IMG/VR virus record: IMGVR_UViG_3300005837_001107
Span: 1-35,636 of that record
Source of the DNA: a virus
Lineage: Duplodnaviria; Caudoviricetes
Reading direction: 5' to 3' (one strand)
Length of the DNA stretch: 35,636 bases
The translations under genes and the position numbers were made by a program. Shown in pieces: positions 1 to 7,864 of this stretch (its first letter is position 1; each line of letters begins with the position of its first letter). The notes under the pieces are model-generated. The model was given only the letters and a program-made list of their open reading frames with translations, was not told where the DNA came from and ran no database searches.

Positions 1-303
1 TTCGTAGAGTACAAGTACGTCAAATCCCTACCTAAGAAAGACACAACCGTGATTCGTCATTCGTTGTCCGCGCTTCAATGTGCGTGGCTCGAGCGCATGA
101 AGGTGAGTAGTCCGGTAGCACTAATATTAGGAGTTGAGGATTCCGCACTAATAATAGTTGACGACTTCTCAGCTAATATATATAAATCTAGGTATGTAGA
201 ACAAAGTATTCCACGGAAGCAGGTAGCTAAGTGGATCTACGACCAAACACACTCAGGAAGAGCACATGAAAAAACCTCACGAGTTGCCACAAGCAGTGAA
301 TAA
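1..303 (+). CDS. VRR-NUC / PD-(D/E)XK nuclease-like protein, 5'-truncated by the window edge
   Basis: Frame 1 is open from base 1 and reads FVEYK...LSALQCAWLERM...VALILGV, matching the ExK...LSxxQxxW pattern of phage VRR-NUC proteins. Confidence 0.65.
   Translation, partial: FVEYKYVKSLPKKDTTVIRHSLSALQCAWLERMKVSSPVALILGVEDSALIIVDDFSANIYKSRYVEQSIPRKQVAKWIYDQTHSGRAHEKTSRVATSSE
158..186 (+). promoter_or_regulatory. Putative sigma70 promoter for the repressor gene, embedded in the upstream CDS
   Basis: TTGACG (158-163), 17-nt spacer, TATAAA (181-186). A CTAATA half-site lies in the spacer, with two more at 121-126 and 148-153. Confidence 0.5.
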
Positions 304-877
304 CTTACGCGCTATTTGGGACCAAAAGAAAACAGAAATGAAGTTCACGCAGGTTGAAGCTGCAGCAAAACTTGGCTGGTCACAAGGCGCTATATCTCAT
401 TACCTAAACAACATCACCGATTTAGGTCCAGCAGCGGTTATTAAGTTCGCCAACTTCTTGGGTGTTGACCCCCTAGACATAGATCCAAACGTCATTTCTC
501 ACTTACCAAACACGCGCGCTCTTAAAATTACGCGCAACACCTCCAACTTCAACAAGCGTATTGAGGAAAACTATTACACCTCTAAACATAAAACGGATTT
601 CCGCGTGGTAGTAGACTCAAACGCTTTACTTTTCGAAGCGCCGGACCAGAACGATGGCCTAAAATTCACTAAGCCAGGTGAAACTTGCATCTGCACATTG
701 TGTGATGTGGAGGAAGCGCCCGATTCTTCATACTTCATGATTCAGAAAAAAGGCGAGAAAGCCGCGCATTATCATCACTACACATGTATGCCTGACAAAA
801 GCAAAATTAAGTCGATCTACGCCGTATGCGAAGTGATTTGGTCGAGTGATAAGGTATTAAAAGGGCCATACAAATAA
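266..877 (+). CDS. CI-like XRE-family HTH repressor
   Basis: The N-terminus LRAIWDQKK..FTQVEAAAKLGWSQGAISHYLN..FANFLGVDPLDIDP resembles the lambda CI HTH domain. RBS AGGA. Adjacent to xis/int. Confidence 0.85.
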   Translation: MKKPHELPQAVNNLRAIWDQKKTEMKFTQVEAAAKLGWSQGAISHYLNNITDLGPAAVIKFANFLGVDPLDIDPNVISHLPNTRALKITRNTSNFNKRIEENYYTSKHKTDFRVVVDSNALLFEAPDQNDGLKFTKPGETCICTLCDVEEAPDSSYFMIQKKGEKAAHYHHYTCMPDKSKIKSIYAVCEVIWSSDKVLKGPYK

Positions 878-880
878 TCC

Positions 881-922
881 TCGACTTGTAGTACTGGAGC
901 TAATATATTAGCCGAACTACTA
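881..922 (+). promoter_or_regulatory. Putative xis promoter with two tandem degenerate TATTAG-N5-CTAATA operators
   Basis: TCGACT-17-TATATT (881-909). Sites TAGTAC-tggag-CTAATA (889-905) and TATTAG-ccgaa-CTACTA (906-922). Confidence 0.5.
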
Positions 923-944
923 ACGAGTTGCAGGAGGCAACGGC

Positions 945-1157
945 GTGGAAATGATCTTACTAGAGAAGTACGGCCCTTTCATGGATCTGGAGGAACTGGC
1001 CGATCTATTAAGGATCAAGAAACAGTCGGTATATCAGCAAATATATCGCGGTCAACTAGACGTACCTCATGTACGTCGCGGCAAAAAGTATCTTTTTCCG
1101 ACACAAGAAGTAGCTAAATACTTCACATCCCAGCTAAATCTTCCGCACGAAGATTAA
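945..1157 (+). CDS. xis: Excisionase / recombination directionality factor (HTH_17-like)
   Basis: 70 aa: MDLEELADLLRIKKQSVYQQIYRGQLDVPHVRRGKKYLF. RBS AGGAGG before a GTG start. Convergent with the integrase. Confidence 0.85.
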   Translation: MEMILLEKYGPFMDLEELADLLRIKKQSVYQQIYRGQLDVPHVRRGKKYLFPTQEVAKYFTSQLNLPHED

Positions 1158-2118
1158 CGTACCTAGAGAGTTGCTCAAGTGTGCGGTGACCTGACACCAC
1201 CCGCACTTGCTCGACCCTCATCCCCCTCTCAAACATCCGACTTATCGCCTCGTGGCGCAGATCATGAAATCGTAAGTCTTCGATTCCCGCTTTTTTCCGC
1301 AACTTGGCAAATGTGTCTGAAATGCTCGCCGCACGCTTTACAGGAACAAGGTTTGGCCCTGTGCGAATCATATTCTGTGAGCGTAGGAGCACGTCTCTCA
1401 CGCCCTTTAACAGAGGTATTTCCTGCTTAGATTGCCCTGTTTCAGCGTGCTTGTCTTTGCGCATTAGCTGAATCACGCCGCGATTTTTATCTATATCTGA
1501 CCATTTTAAGCGGTGTATTTCGCTCTGGCGCATCGCGGATTCAAGTGCAATATCGATAGCAATACTTATCCAATGCCCACCAGCCTCCATCATCAATGCG
1601 TCGTACTCTCCTGGTTCCAGGCGACGGTCGCGTCTTACGCTCCCCATGATAATTTTCTTTTTCTTTAGCTCATCGATAGCCATATCCACAACAGAATGCT
1701 CAGTCTTAATCCTGCTGTTTACGACAGCCTGCTTCAGGTAATACATCTGTGTCTGCAGTGTGCTCGGTCCTACGGTCTTTCGACGCATAGCAGCAAAGTC
1801 GAGCACGTCATCAAAGGTCATATCGTGTATCGATACACCAGCAAAATAACTTTTGATTTGGTTTAGCTGTCCCAGTTTGGGACCCGCGACTTCGATGCCG
1901 AATCTCTCGAACGAGTAGATAAGGTCATCAACAACGTTTTCCATGAGCACGGACCGCGTTTCACGAGTATCGATCCACGACCCGTTGTCCATGCTCGCCT
2001 CAATGCGGCGACCCCATGCCGAAGCAGCGGCTTTAGTTTTAAAGGTTTTCTGTTGGGTAGGTCGGCCTTTTGATTTGACGATTGCTTGCCAACCGTTGCC
2101 GCGCGTCCGTACGTGCAT
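1123..2118 (-). CDS. int: Tyrosine recombinase / phage integrase
   Basis: Catalytic motifs AMRQSEI (R), FHDLRHEA (HxxR), SGH and LSRY (Y). N-terminal arm-binding-like domain. Next to the att core. Confidence 0.96.
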   Translation of the reverse strand: MHVRTRGNGWQAIVKSKGRPTQQKTFKTKAAASAWGRRIEASMDNGSWIDTRETRSVLMENVVDDLIYSFERFGIEVAGPKLGQLNQIKSYFAGVSIHDMTFDDVLDFAAMRRKTVGPSTLQTQMYYLKQAVVNSRIKTEHSVVDMAIDELKKKKIIMGSVRRDRRLEPGEYDALMMEAGGHWISIAIDIALESAMRQSEIHRLKWSDIDKNRGVIQLMRKDKHAETGQSKQEIPLLKGVRDVLLRSQNMIRTGPNLVPVKRAASISDTFAKLRKKAGIEDLRFHDLRHEAISRMFERGMRVEQVRVVSGHRTLEQLSRYVNLRAEDLAGM

Positions 2119-2190
2119 TCAGGGTGTCCTATGGGTGTCACAGGACTTTATCCTATCAAAAAGTGTACATAAATCATACACTTACATGTA

Positions 2191-2210
2191 TGGCGGAGAG
2201 AGAGGGATTC
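2191..2210 (-). other. attP core: 3'-terminal 20 nt of a tRNA, most likely tRNA-Ser
   Basis: The minus strand reads GAATCCCTCTCTCTCCGCCA (T-loop 3' half, T-stem, acceptor strand, discriminator G, CCA). tRNA similarity stops inside the T-loop. It lies 72 nt upstream of int. Confidence 0.88.
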
Positions 2211-2239
2211 TGTCCCCCGTAAAGCTAGTTTTACTTCTA

Positions 2240-2307
2240 TATCAATAACTTAGCTACTACTTACGTAGATCAGGACTTCAAATCCGGAATAACATAAGTT
2301 ACTGATA
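2240..2307. promoter_or_regulatory. IHF-binding boxes in attP
   Basis: TATCAA-TAAC-TTA (2240-2252) is an exact WATCAANNNNTTR match. An inverted TATCAG-TAAC-TTA (2295-2307) has 1 mismatch, as does a copy at 2172-2184. Confidence 0.7.
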
Positions 2308-2355
2308 ATACTACTTAATTTATTTTACCTTTTCTTTCAGGGTGTCACTGACACC

Positions 2356-2421
2356 CTACAAATCCTGCTTGGCTATAGCACCTAGTGCTACGAGAGTGAA
2401 CGCTATTACGTAAAGAATCAT
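2356..2421 (-). CDS. 21-aa hydrophobic micropeptide MILYVIAFTLVALGAIAKQDL (not in ORF track)
   Basis: ATG...TAG, RBS AGAGG 5 nt upstream, TATAAT at 2448-2453 (minus strand), composition of a single TM helix. Confidence 0.6.
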   Translation of the reverse strand: MILYVIAFTLVALGAIAKQDL

Positions 2422-2447
2422 ATGTGCCTCTGGTTAGTTGAGGCGCA

Positions 2448-2491
2448 ATTATACGTGGGCTAGCGATATGCGACTAATGCATTAGGTGCAT
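2448..2491 (-). promoter_or_regulatory. Promoter (-10 TATAAT) with a 24-bp palindrome over the -35 region
   Basis: ATGCGACTAATGCATTAGGTGCAT (2468-2491) is 20/24 self-complementary and contains two overlapping ATGC-N7-GCAT (T-N11-A, LysR-like) boxes. The -35 is poor. Confidence 0.5.
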
Positions 2492-2499
2492 CAAATATA

Positions 2500-2592
2500 T
2501 CAGTATCCGTAATTCCGCTTTTTCTTCTTGGTCTTCTTTTTCTTTTTGTCCGGTTGATTCAATTGGCACTGCTTGCCTTTACCTTGATGCAT
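2500..2592 (-). CDS. 30-aa lysine-rich peptide MHQGKGKQCQLNQPDKKKKKTKKKKRNYGY (not in ORF track)
   Basis: RBS AGGAG overlaps the stop of the upstream gene. Open frame ATG..TGA, in operon order. Confidence 0.7.
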   Translation of the reverse strand: MHQGKGKQCQLNQPDKKKKKTKKKKRNYGY

Positions 2593-2601
2593 GACTATCT
2601 C

Positions 2602-3096
2602 CTAGGTGGTTGCGTTAACGGTTTGAATAGCACCGAACAAGAGCATGTAACCTTTGTACGTGATGCCTGCTAAACAAAGAACTCCGATGCTTTGGATCGT
2701 CCCCCAAAACACCTGCTTACGGCGGCGTGCCTGGGCATAGATTGTTTTCTCGCGCTCATTCTTGATACGTCGACGAAGGTCCACGAGCTCCTTGTACCCG
2801 TCAGGTCCATAGGTGTACATGAGTAGTTCACGAAGCTCTTTTTCTTGCTGCACCGCTTTTTTCTTGGCGGCATAAACGTTCATCGCTTCTTCTTCGACAG
2901 ATTTACTGGCAACTATCTTTTTGAAAAGCGGTGGATTTTTAGCGTCGCGTTCAGCTTCATTCAGGTCGGAAATTGCACCGTACCATTTACCAACTTGACC
3001 GAGCGTGTCTTCCACGTCTCGTCCCATTTGGACCATCTTTTTTACGGTATTGAATGCGGCTGTAGCTGTCGCTATAGCTGTTACAGGATCGACCAC
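2602..3096 (-). CDS. Hypothetical coiled-coil protein with a C-terminal TM segment
   Basis: GTG start with GGAGG. MVDPVTAIATATAAF N-terminus, coiled coil, hydrophobic C-terminus. Confidence 0.75.
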   Translation of the reverse strand: MVDPVTAIATATAAFNTVKKMVQMGRDVEDTLGQVGKWYGAISDLNEAERDAKNPPLFKKIVASKSVEEEAMNVYAAKKKAVQQEKELRELLMYTYGPDGYKELVDLRRRIKNEREKTIYAQARRRKQVFWGTIQSIGVLCLAGITYKGYMLLFGAIQTVNATT

Positions 3097-3097
3097 G

Positions 3098-3517
3098 TTA
3101 GCCTCCGTCTGGGGGTGTCGGTAGTAGCTCCTCTACAAGTTCAATGGATGATACGTGTGCTGCCCGATCCTCGTCTGCAGCAACTTCAGCGATCTTCGCT
3201 GGGAAATCTCTTAATCCTTGCCGATAGTGTGCCCACGCAGTTTTTTGTTCTGCAGTTAACGGGCTGTCAGCAGTTTGTGTCCAATCGGACGCAGTCAATG
3301 AACCTTTACGCAATTCACGGGCGGTTAGCACTGGCTCAAATACAGGCAGCGCTTTTGGTACTATTTGACCATCGACTACTGCAAATCCATCGATATTTAT
3401 TTCATCTTCAGATGCCGCTAAGAACGCCTCGTCGTCTCCTAGGTTTGTTTCCGCCAAGTCCAACGAAGAAACCGTGATTCTAATTGCGCCTGTAGTGAGG
3501 TTATAAATTACGTACAT
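3098..3517 (-). CDS. Tail fibre assembly chaperone
   Basis: Motif RxLRxxxLxxSDWTQxxDxPL..AWxxYRQxLRDxP. Follows the fibre/tip gene. Confidence 0.85.
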   Translation of the reverse strand: MYVIYNLTTGAIRITVSSLDLAETNLGDDEAFLAASEDEINIDGFAVVDGQIVPKALPVFEPVLTARELRKGSLTASDWTQTADSPLTAEQKTAWAHYRQGLRDFPAKIAEVAADEDRAAHVSSIELVEELLPTPPDGG

Positions 3518-3520
3518 AAT

Positions 3521-5512
3521 CTAAGTCTTCGTATGTATTCGGAATATGCGGATATAGCTACCACTGTAACCAAAGCCCGTGGAGCCAGAGATACTGGAGT
3601 TACTAAAACCCTTTAGGTGGCCATAAAGTTTGAACTCATAGTCGTAGTAATTGTTCAAATATCGGGTATGCACGGCACTCTTTAGGCCCAAAACATGACT
3701 TCCATAATAGCTAGAACTAGTCGAGTGACTTGCATGGTAGGTATAGCTACTTGAGCTGGGAGCTTTCCGATTAACGATCATCACTACCTGAGCAGCCGCT
3801 AAGTCGGTATCCGAAATTTGCCCGAAAGCAGAAGACCCAAAGTCTACGAAATACGTACCTGATTCTTTAATCTTAGAAGCAGCTAAAGTTGCGGTCATCA
3901 AAACTGGAAGAGTGTAGGTAGTCGATGAGCCGTACTGACCTGGAATCGTAGCTTGGTGATACGGGGTAGAATTAGTAAACGAGTACGGCCAATAGATTTG
4001 GTTGGATACAGCCGTGGAGGAACCAACATATTGCGCTATAACGCCCACTGCGTCGTGAGATAGGTTTTCGTACTTAATACCCTTGGTAGCATTACCAGTG
4101 GCTAGAATCAGATCACCGTTCGCGGCTTGCGCTAAATAGTTGCTGTCGATCTTTAGCTTTGAAGCACTAATACTATCTGTGCCTATCCGCGCGGCGAGTA
4201 ACGTTCCAGAATTAATAGTATCTGCATTTACGGTGCCAATCTTTGCTGACGTTATAGACGCGTCTTCGATCATGGCGGTTTTGATGTAGGTATTACCACT
4301 ATCGATAAAAAATGGCACAGTACTAGCAGGCGGCGAGTTCGTAAGTCCGGTAGATGTATTGGCTGGGTCGATAATCGCAAACTTATCTGCGCGAATTATG
4401 AATGCAGATGTTGGTGTGCCATCTACAGCTGAGCTGCTTAAACCAAAACCAGATACGTGGTCGTTGTTATCGATCTTTACTGAGTACTGACCTTCGAGGC
4501 CATTAATTGAGGTTGCCTGTGTAGAGATGCTTGTCGAATGCCCACCAACCGTTGTGTTGAGACCTGAAATCGCGACAGCAGCCGCTGAGTTGCTACTCGA
4601 ATTTATGTAGTTAATGTCAGTAATACTACTCGTATTGCCCGCGACTGCTGATGCAAGCGATGAGTACGCACCAACATACGTCCAATACGTGTTATTGCTT
4701 GAAGATCCAGTAGGTTTGTTTGAGTTAGAAGCAGTGTGTGCTGTCGCGCACTCGTACAAGTTACCGCTATAAGTCACGAGATCTGTAAGTGAATACGCTG
4801 TCCCAGACGCCCAGGCGGCGACGCTAGATAACGAGTTGATCTGAGATTGCAGAGAAGTCAGTTCGCTACTCGTATTGCTGGGCAAATTACCGATCGGCGT
4901 TGCTAAAGACGTTGCTAACTCACTAGATGTAATAGCCCCTGCTAGAACAGATAACTGATGGGCAACATCTGTAGCGGTCGCGGCTAATGTGCCGCTACTC
5001 GCGTTCCACGGTCCTTCAATGTTCGACGTAGAAATGTGACGAATCCAGTAGTAACGAGAAACACCGCTACCAACTGGATCAGTAAAAACACGGCCTGAAT
5101 CGATGCCCGCTAGTGTGGCGTCACCCAATACGTCTTGATCGTGTGACCATATCTCAGTGTGAGAATGGTTTGCGTAGCGTGGAAAGTCCCAGTTCAAAAT
5201 CACCATCGAATACGCGCCCGACGCAGTAAAACTCGTTGGTTGCGGCGGCGTAGTCAGGACGGGATTAGGTTCGGGCCCAAAGCCAAGATTGCTTGAACCG
5301 AAGTTGTTCGGGTCCCATGCTGATGCTTTGAGATCTTTTGCTAAACCTGAATCGATCAGCTCACGAAGGGTAACAGCCCGATCTCGCGGATCACCTTTTC
5401 TACCTAGCCGTATTTCTACTGCTTCAGCTAGATTCTCGAGATAGATCTTAGTCTGCGGATCAACTGTCGCAGGCGGTTTTGGGATAGCTGGGACTTTAGT
5501 AGGTTTGGTCAT
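3521..5512 (-). CDS. Tail tip/fibre protein with a DUF1983 (gpJ C-terminal-like) region and a CBM5/12-like module
   Basis: GQYSVKID..VSGFGL..AFIIRADKFAI..PFFI..YIKTAMIEDASITSAKIG. AWASGTAYSLTDLVTYSGNLYEC module. FN3-like N-terminal part. Confidence 0.8.
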   Translation of the reverse strand: MTKPTKVPAIPKPPATVDPQTKIYLENLAEAVEIRLGRKGDPRDRAVTLRELIDSGLAKDLKASAWDPNNFGSSNLGFGPEPNPVLTTPPQPTSFTASGAYSMVILNWDFPRYANHSHTEIWSHDQDVLGDATLAGIDSGRVFTDPVGSGVSRYYWIRHISTSNIEGPWNASSGTLAATATDVAHQLSVLAGAITSSELATSLATPIGNLPSNTSSELTSLQSQINSLSSVAAWASGTAYSLTDLVTYSGNLYECATAHTASNSNKPTGSSSNNTYWTYVGAYSSLASAVAGNTSSITDINYINSSSNSAAAVAISGLNTTVGGHSTSISTQATSINGLEGQYSVKIDNNDHVSGFGLSSSAVDGTPTSAFIIRADKFAIIDPANTSTGLTNSPPASTVPFFIDSGNTYIKTAMIEDASITSAKIGTVNADTINSGTLLAARIGTDSISASKLKIDSNYLAQAANGDLILATGNATKGIKYENLSHDAVGVIAQYVGSSTAVSNQIYWPYSFTNSTPYHQATIPGQYGSSTTYTLPVLMTATLAASKIKESGTYFVDFGSSAFGQISDTDLAAAQVVMIVNRKAPSSSSYTYHASHSTSSSYYGSHVLGLKSAVHTRYLNNYYDYEFKLYGHLKGFSNSSISGSTGFGYSGSYIRIFRIHTKT

Positions 5513-7215
5513 GACAAACGAATCTCATCCATGCTTTGAGCTAGACAAAACTCGTTGATGTTTGTGCCTTCAACTTGTACCTCCCACTCTTGGGCGACAA
5601 CCGCTGGCATACGCATAATCGGCTCTACTAAAGTACCGCTACTAATACCGCTAGGCACAGTAGTAGTCTGCGTAAATGTTGCTCCTGATTTACTAAGTAC
5701 ATAATGAGAAACAAGTGAACCGTCTGCATAGACTTTGACGGTTACAGGATAGGTTTCTGCTTGGACTGATACCCAGCCCATAGATACGGGTGACGGAGTT
5801 ACAAACTTTTTGCTTTTGAACTTGAGTGTTTTGTCCGCTGTGCCGCCTCGGTATTTGCGAATCTTGTTACCGACAATGACGTATAGCTGACCATCTTTGG
5901 GATTGCGGTAACCGCCTTGCACATCAGTAGCTACAGTCAGCGTAGATAAACTTGCTTCACCACCTCTTGGGTCAAACACCCAGCCACCACCAGCATGGAA
6001 CGCAACATACGTACCCTCATGCCTAAAGGCGCGAATAGTGGTCGGATAAAAGTCATCATTCCATTGTTTTGCGGATATCTGACCTTCAGTGACCACGGAC
6101 CCCGAAGCGCTTTGCACGGAGCACAAACCATCTGGCCCTGCATAAAGAACATAGTCACCCATGTCTACGACACTTCGTTTGTTAACGCAGGCTTGCGCTA
6201 AATCTATCCGGATCGCGGTCATGGCGCTCGGATCGGTGCCCGTAACAAAATAAGGTTGTCCATCAGTCAACGCCGCAACGCCGTTAGCTGTAGACGCAAT
6301 CGCTACAATGTCTTCTTCCGTCGTTATCCGATAGTTAATTGGCCATGCGTGGGGTAAAAACGGTTCACTAAGACAGAATCGTTTGCCCGTAAATCCAGCC
6401 ATTACACCTTGTGCGAGTGGTATCAACCCCTGCAAAGGGCCGTCTGGATATAACGATGTGTCGTCATTTGGGGGAGCAATCCAAGTATCTGAAGGTAGCA
6501 CTTCGCCTAATGTTGCGGCGTCTTTGTTGTCAGTAGTCGATGTTGTAGAAATTGCTACTTCTTTTACAAACTGAAACTGTGTGTTTGTAGAGCCAGTGTT
6601 AGATCTATAAATGCGTTTCAGCGCACCATTACCAAAATTATAGTTACCAGATGGCAATGCGGATGCAGGCATACCAATGGTCATTGTTTGCCCGTCTGTC
6701 ATTTCAATAACAGTGCTTGGTGTACTCGGAGGCCCCTCTTCACCATAAGCAGTTACCAATGTATACACATAGCTTACGTCATTAGGGGTAGCGTCGGCAT
6801 TTGCCGTACCAGTCAAAGAAACGCTAGGTGCGGCACTAGGGGCTGGGACGCCCAACCGATATGACTGCGCAGGATAACCTGAAGAGCCCGATACAATACT
6901 CGTGTATGTACCCATTTGCGGATACGTGCCTGCTCCAGACCAATACAAGCGGTCGTTTGTGTCGCCAGCGATTGGGCCAGAAACTACAGAAACATCGTCT
7001 TCGTCCCACTCCAACCAATTTGTATCGCGGTAGTAGTAAATCGAATTGCGGTTTGTCGCTTGCAGTGTGTATGTATCAGTATCTTCAGTGGTTGCTACTA
7101 GTGAGCCTGACTCAAAGTCTACATTTTCGGCTATTTGGCCGAATTGATCCCCCAAGAGTCGTGCGTTGATTCCTGGTGCAATGCCTGCAAATCTGTCTCT
7201 TTTAAAATAAACCAT
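5509..7215 (-). CDS. Tail nozzle / stabilisation protein (beta-propeller-like)
   Basis: 568 aa, beta-rich. FAGIAPG N-terminus, FCLSEPFLPHAWP, and ACVNKRSVVDMG..VLYAGPDGL are typical of podoviral nozzle proteins. Confidence 0.7.
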   Translation of the reverse strand: MVYFKRDRFAGIAPGINARLLGDQFGQIAENVDFESGSLVATTEDTDTYTLQATNRNSIYYYRDTNWLEWDEDDVSVVSGPIAGDTNDRLYWSGAGTYPQMGTYTSIVSGSSGYPAQSYRLGVPAPSAAPSVSLTGTANADATPNDVSYVYTLVTAYGEEGPPSTPSTVIEMTDGQTMTIGMPASALPSGNYNFGNGALKRIYRSNTGSTNTQFQFVKEVAISTTSTTDNKDAATLGEVLPSDTWIAPPNDDTSLYPDGPLQGLIPLAQGVMAGFTGKRFCLSEPFLPHAWPINYRITTEEDIVAIASTANGVAALTDGQPYFVTGTDPSAMTAIRIDLAQACVNKRSVVDMGDYVLYAGPDGLCSVQSASGSVVTEGQISAKQWNDDFYPTTIRAFRHEGTYVAFHAGGGWVFDPRGGEASLSTLTVATDVQGGYRNPKDGQLYVIVGNKIRKYRGGTADKTLKFKSKKFVTPSPVSMGWVSVQAETYPVTVKVYADGSLVSHYVLSKSGATFTQTTTVPSGISSGTLVEPIMRMPAVVAQEWEVQVEGTNINEFCLAQSMDEIRLS

Positions 7216-7234
7216 TATTAGCCTCGGTATTATT

Positions 7235-7864
7235 CTACCACAACACTGTAGGCACTTTACATCGTGCGTATCCCTTCACAGGGCCGTACTCCAACGTGGT
7301 CTTGTTAAATACAAACCCCCAAAAAATAATCTCGTCGCAATCGTCAGGCGTAGTCGGGAGTAATGGGTACTGCAATCCTTTAGTGGTACAAAACTCTTGT
7401 ATCGCAGCGGGTGACGCTTGGACGTAAGCATCGATGTAGTCCGAACTTGTACCGTCTTGCGCATGTGTAATTGCAAAAAACGCAGAGTCCACTGGTAGCT
7501 CAGGTTTTTCACCGTCGTACTCGTTAACAACCACTTTTAGTTGTGCAGTTTTTGTTACCAGATCAAACTTCAGTCCATACCAGTTCTTTAGCTTTGATTG
7601 TTGGTAGCTCGTACCAAAAGCAAGTTGTAACGCTTCGCTGGGATACGCATCGTAGTCATACCAACTAATGCTCGGGTTCGTGTATGGCAGTCGGTATCCA
7701 TCAAATCTACCAATCAAGTTAAACCGAGAGCGACCAAACGGACCGTATTCAGGGAACTCTGCTTTAAGCTCATCCAGAACAGCGCCACCCTCGAGCGTAC
7801 CCAACGTGTAGTCTCGTCTAACGATTTCGCCATTAACATACATGTCGTCTCTGATTTGGTTCAT
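7235..7864 (-). CDS. Hypothetical protein, paralogue B of a tandem pair
   Basis: 209 aa with an ATGA overlap. Shares WYGLKFDL, PELP and WGFVFNKxTLEYGxVKGYxR with 7861..8553. Confidence 0.85.
   Translation of the reverse strand: MNQIRDDMYVNGEIVRRDYTLGTLEGGAVLDELKAEFPEYGPFGRSRFNLIGRFDGYRLPYTNPSISWYDYDAYPSEALQLAFGTSYQQSKLKNWYGLKFDLVTKTAQLKVVVNEYDGEKPELPVDSAFFAITHAQDGTSSDYIDAYVQASPAAIQEFCTTKGLQYPLLPTTPDDCDEIIFWGFVFNKTTLEYGPVKGYARCKVPTVLW

Larger units (their letters stand above)
2121..2357. repeat. Putative integrase arm-type sites (GGGTGTC x4) flanking the att core
   Basis: GGGTGTC occurs as a direct pair at 2122-2128 and 2133-2139, and as the perfect inverted pair AGGGTGTCA-C-TGACACCCT at 2339-2357. 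CAGGACTT is repeated at 2141 and 2271. Confidence 0.7.

Noticed and set aside
2271-2287. GGACTTCAAATCC resembles the tRNA-Sec anticodon arm
   Set aside because: Only 13 nt, on the strand opposite the att core, with no surrounding cloverleaf. Better explained as part of the CAGGACTT repeat or as chance.
2191-2290. Complete tRNA gene
   Set aside because: Only the last 20 nt are tRNA-like. No D-arm, anticodon arm or 5' acceptor strand is present on that strand, so it is an att core.
2339-2357. Palindrome as an intrinsic terminator
   Set aside because: No U-tract follows on either strand, and the half-site recurs as direct repeats at 2122-2139, which fits arm-type sites.
2845-3477. 210-aa plus-strand ORF, and other plus-strand ORFs beyond 2.2 kb such as 12105..12650 and 12983..13468
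   Set aside because: Antisense shadows of well-supported minus-strand genes, with no RBS or recognisable motifs.
7216-7232. Additional operator copy TATTAG-cctcg-GTATTA before the nozzle gene
   Set aside because: Two mismatches in one half-site, and it coincides with the RBS. Too weak to call without a position-weight-matrix scan.
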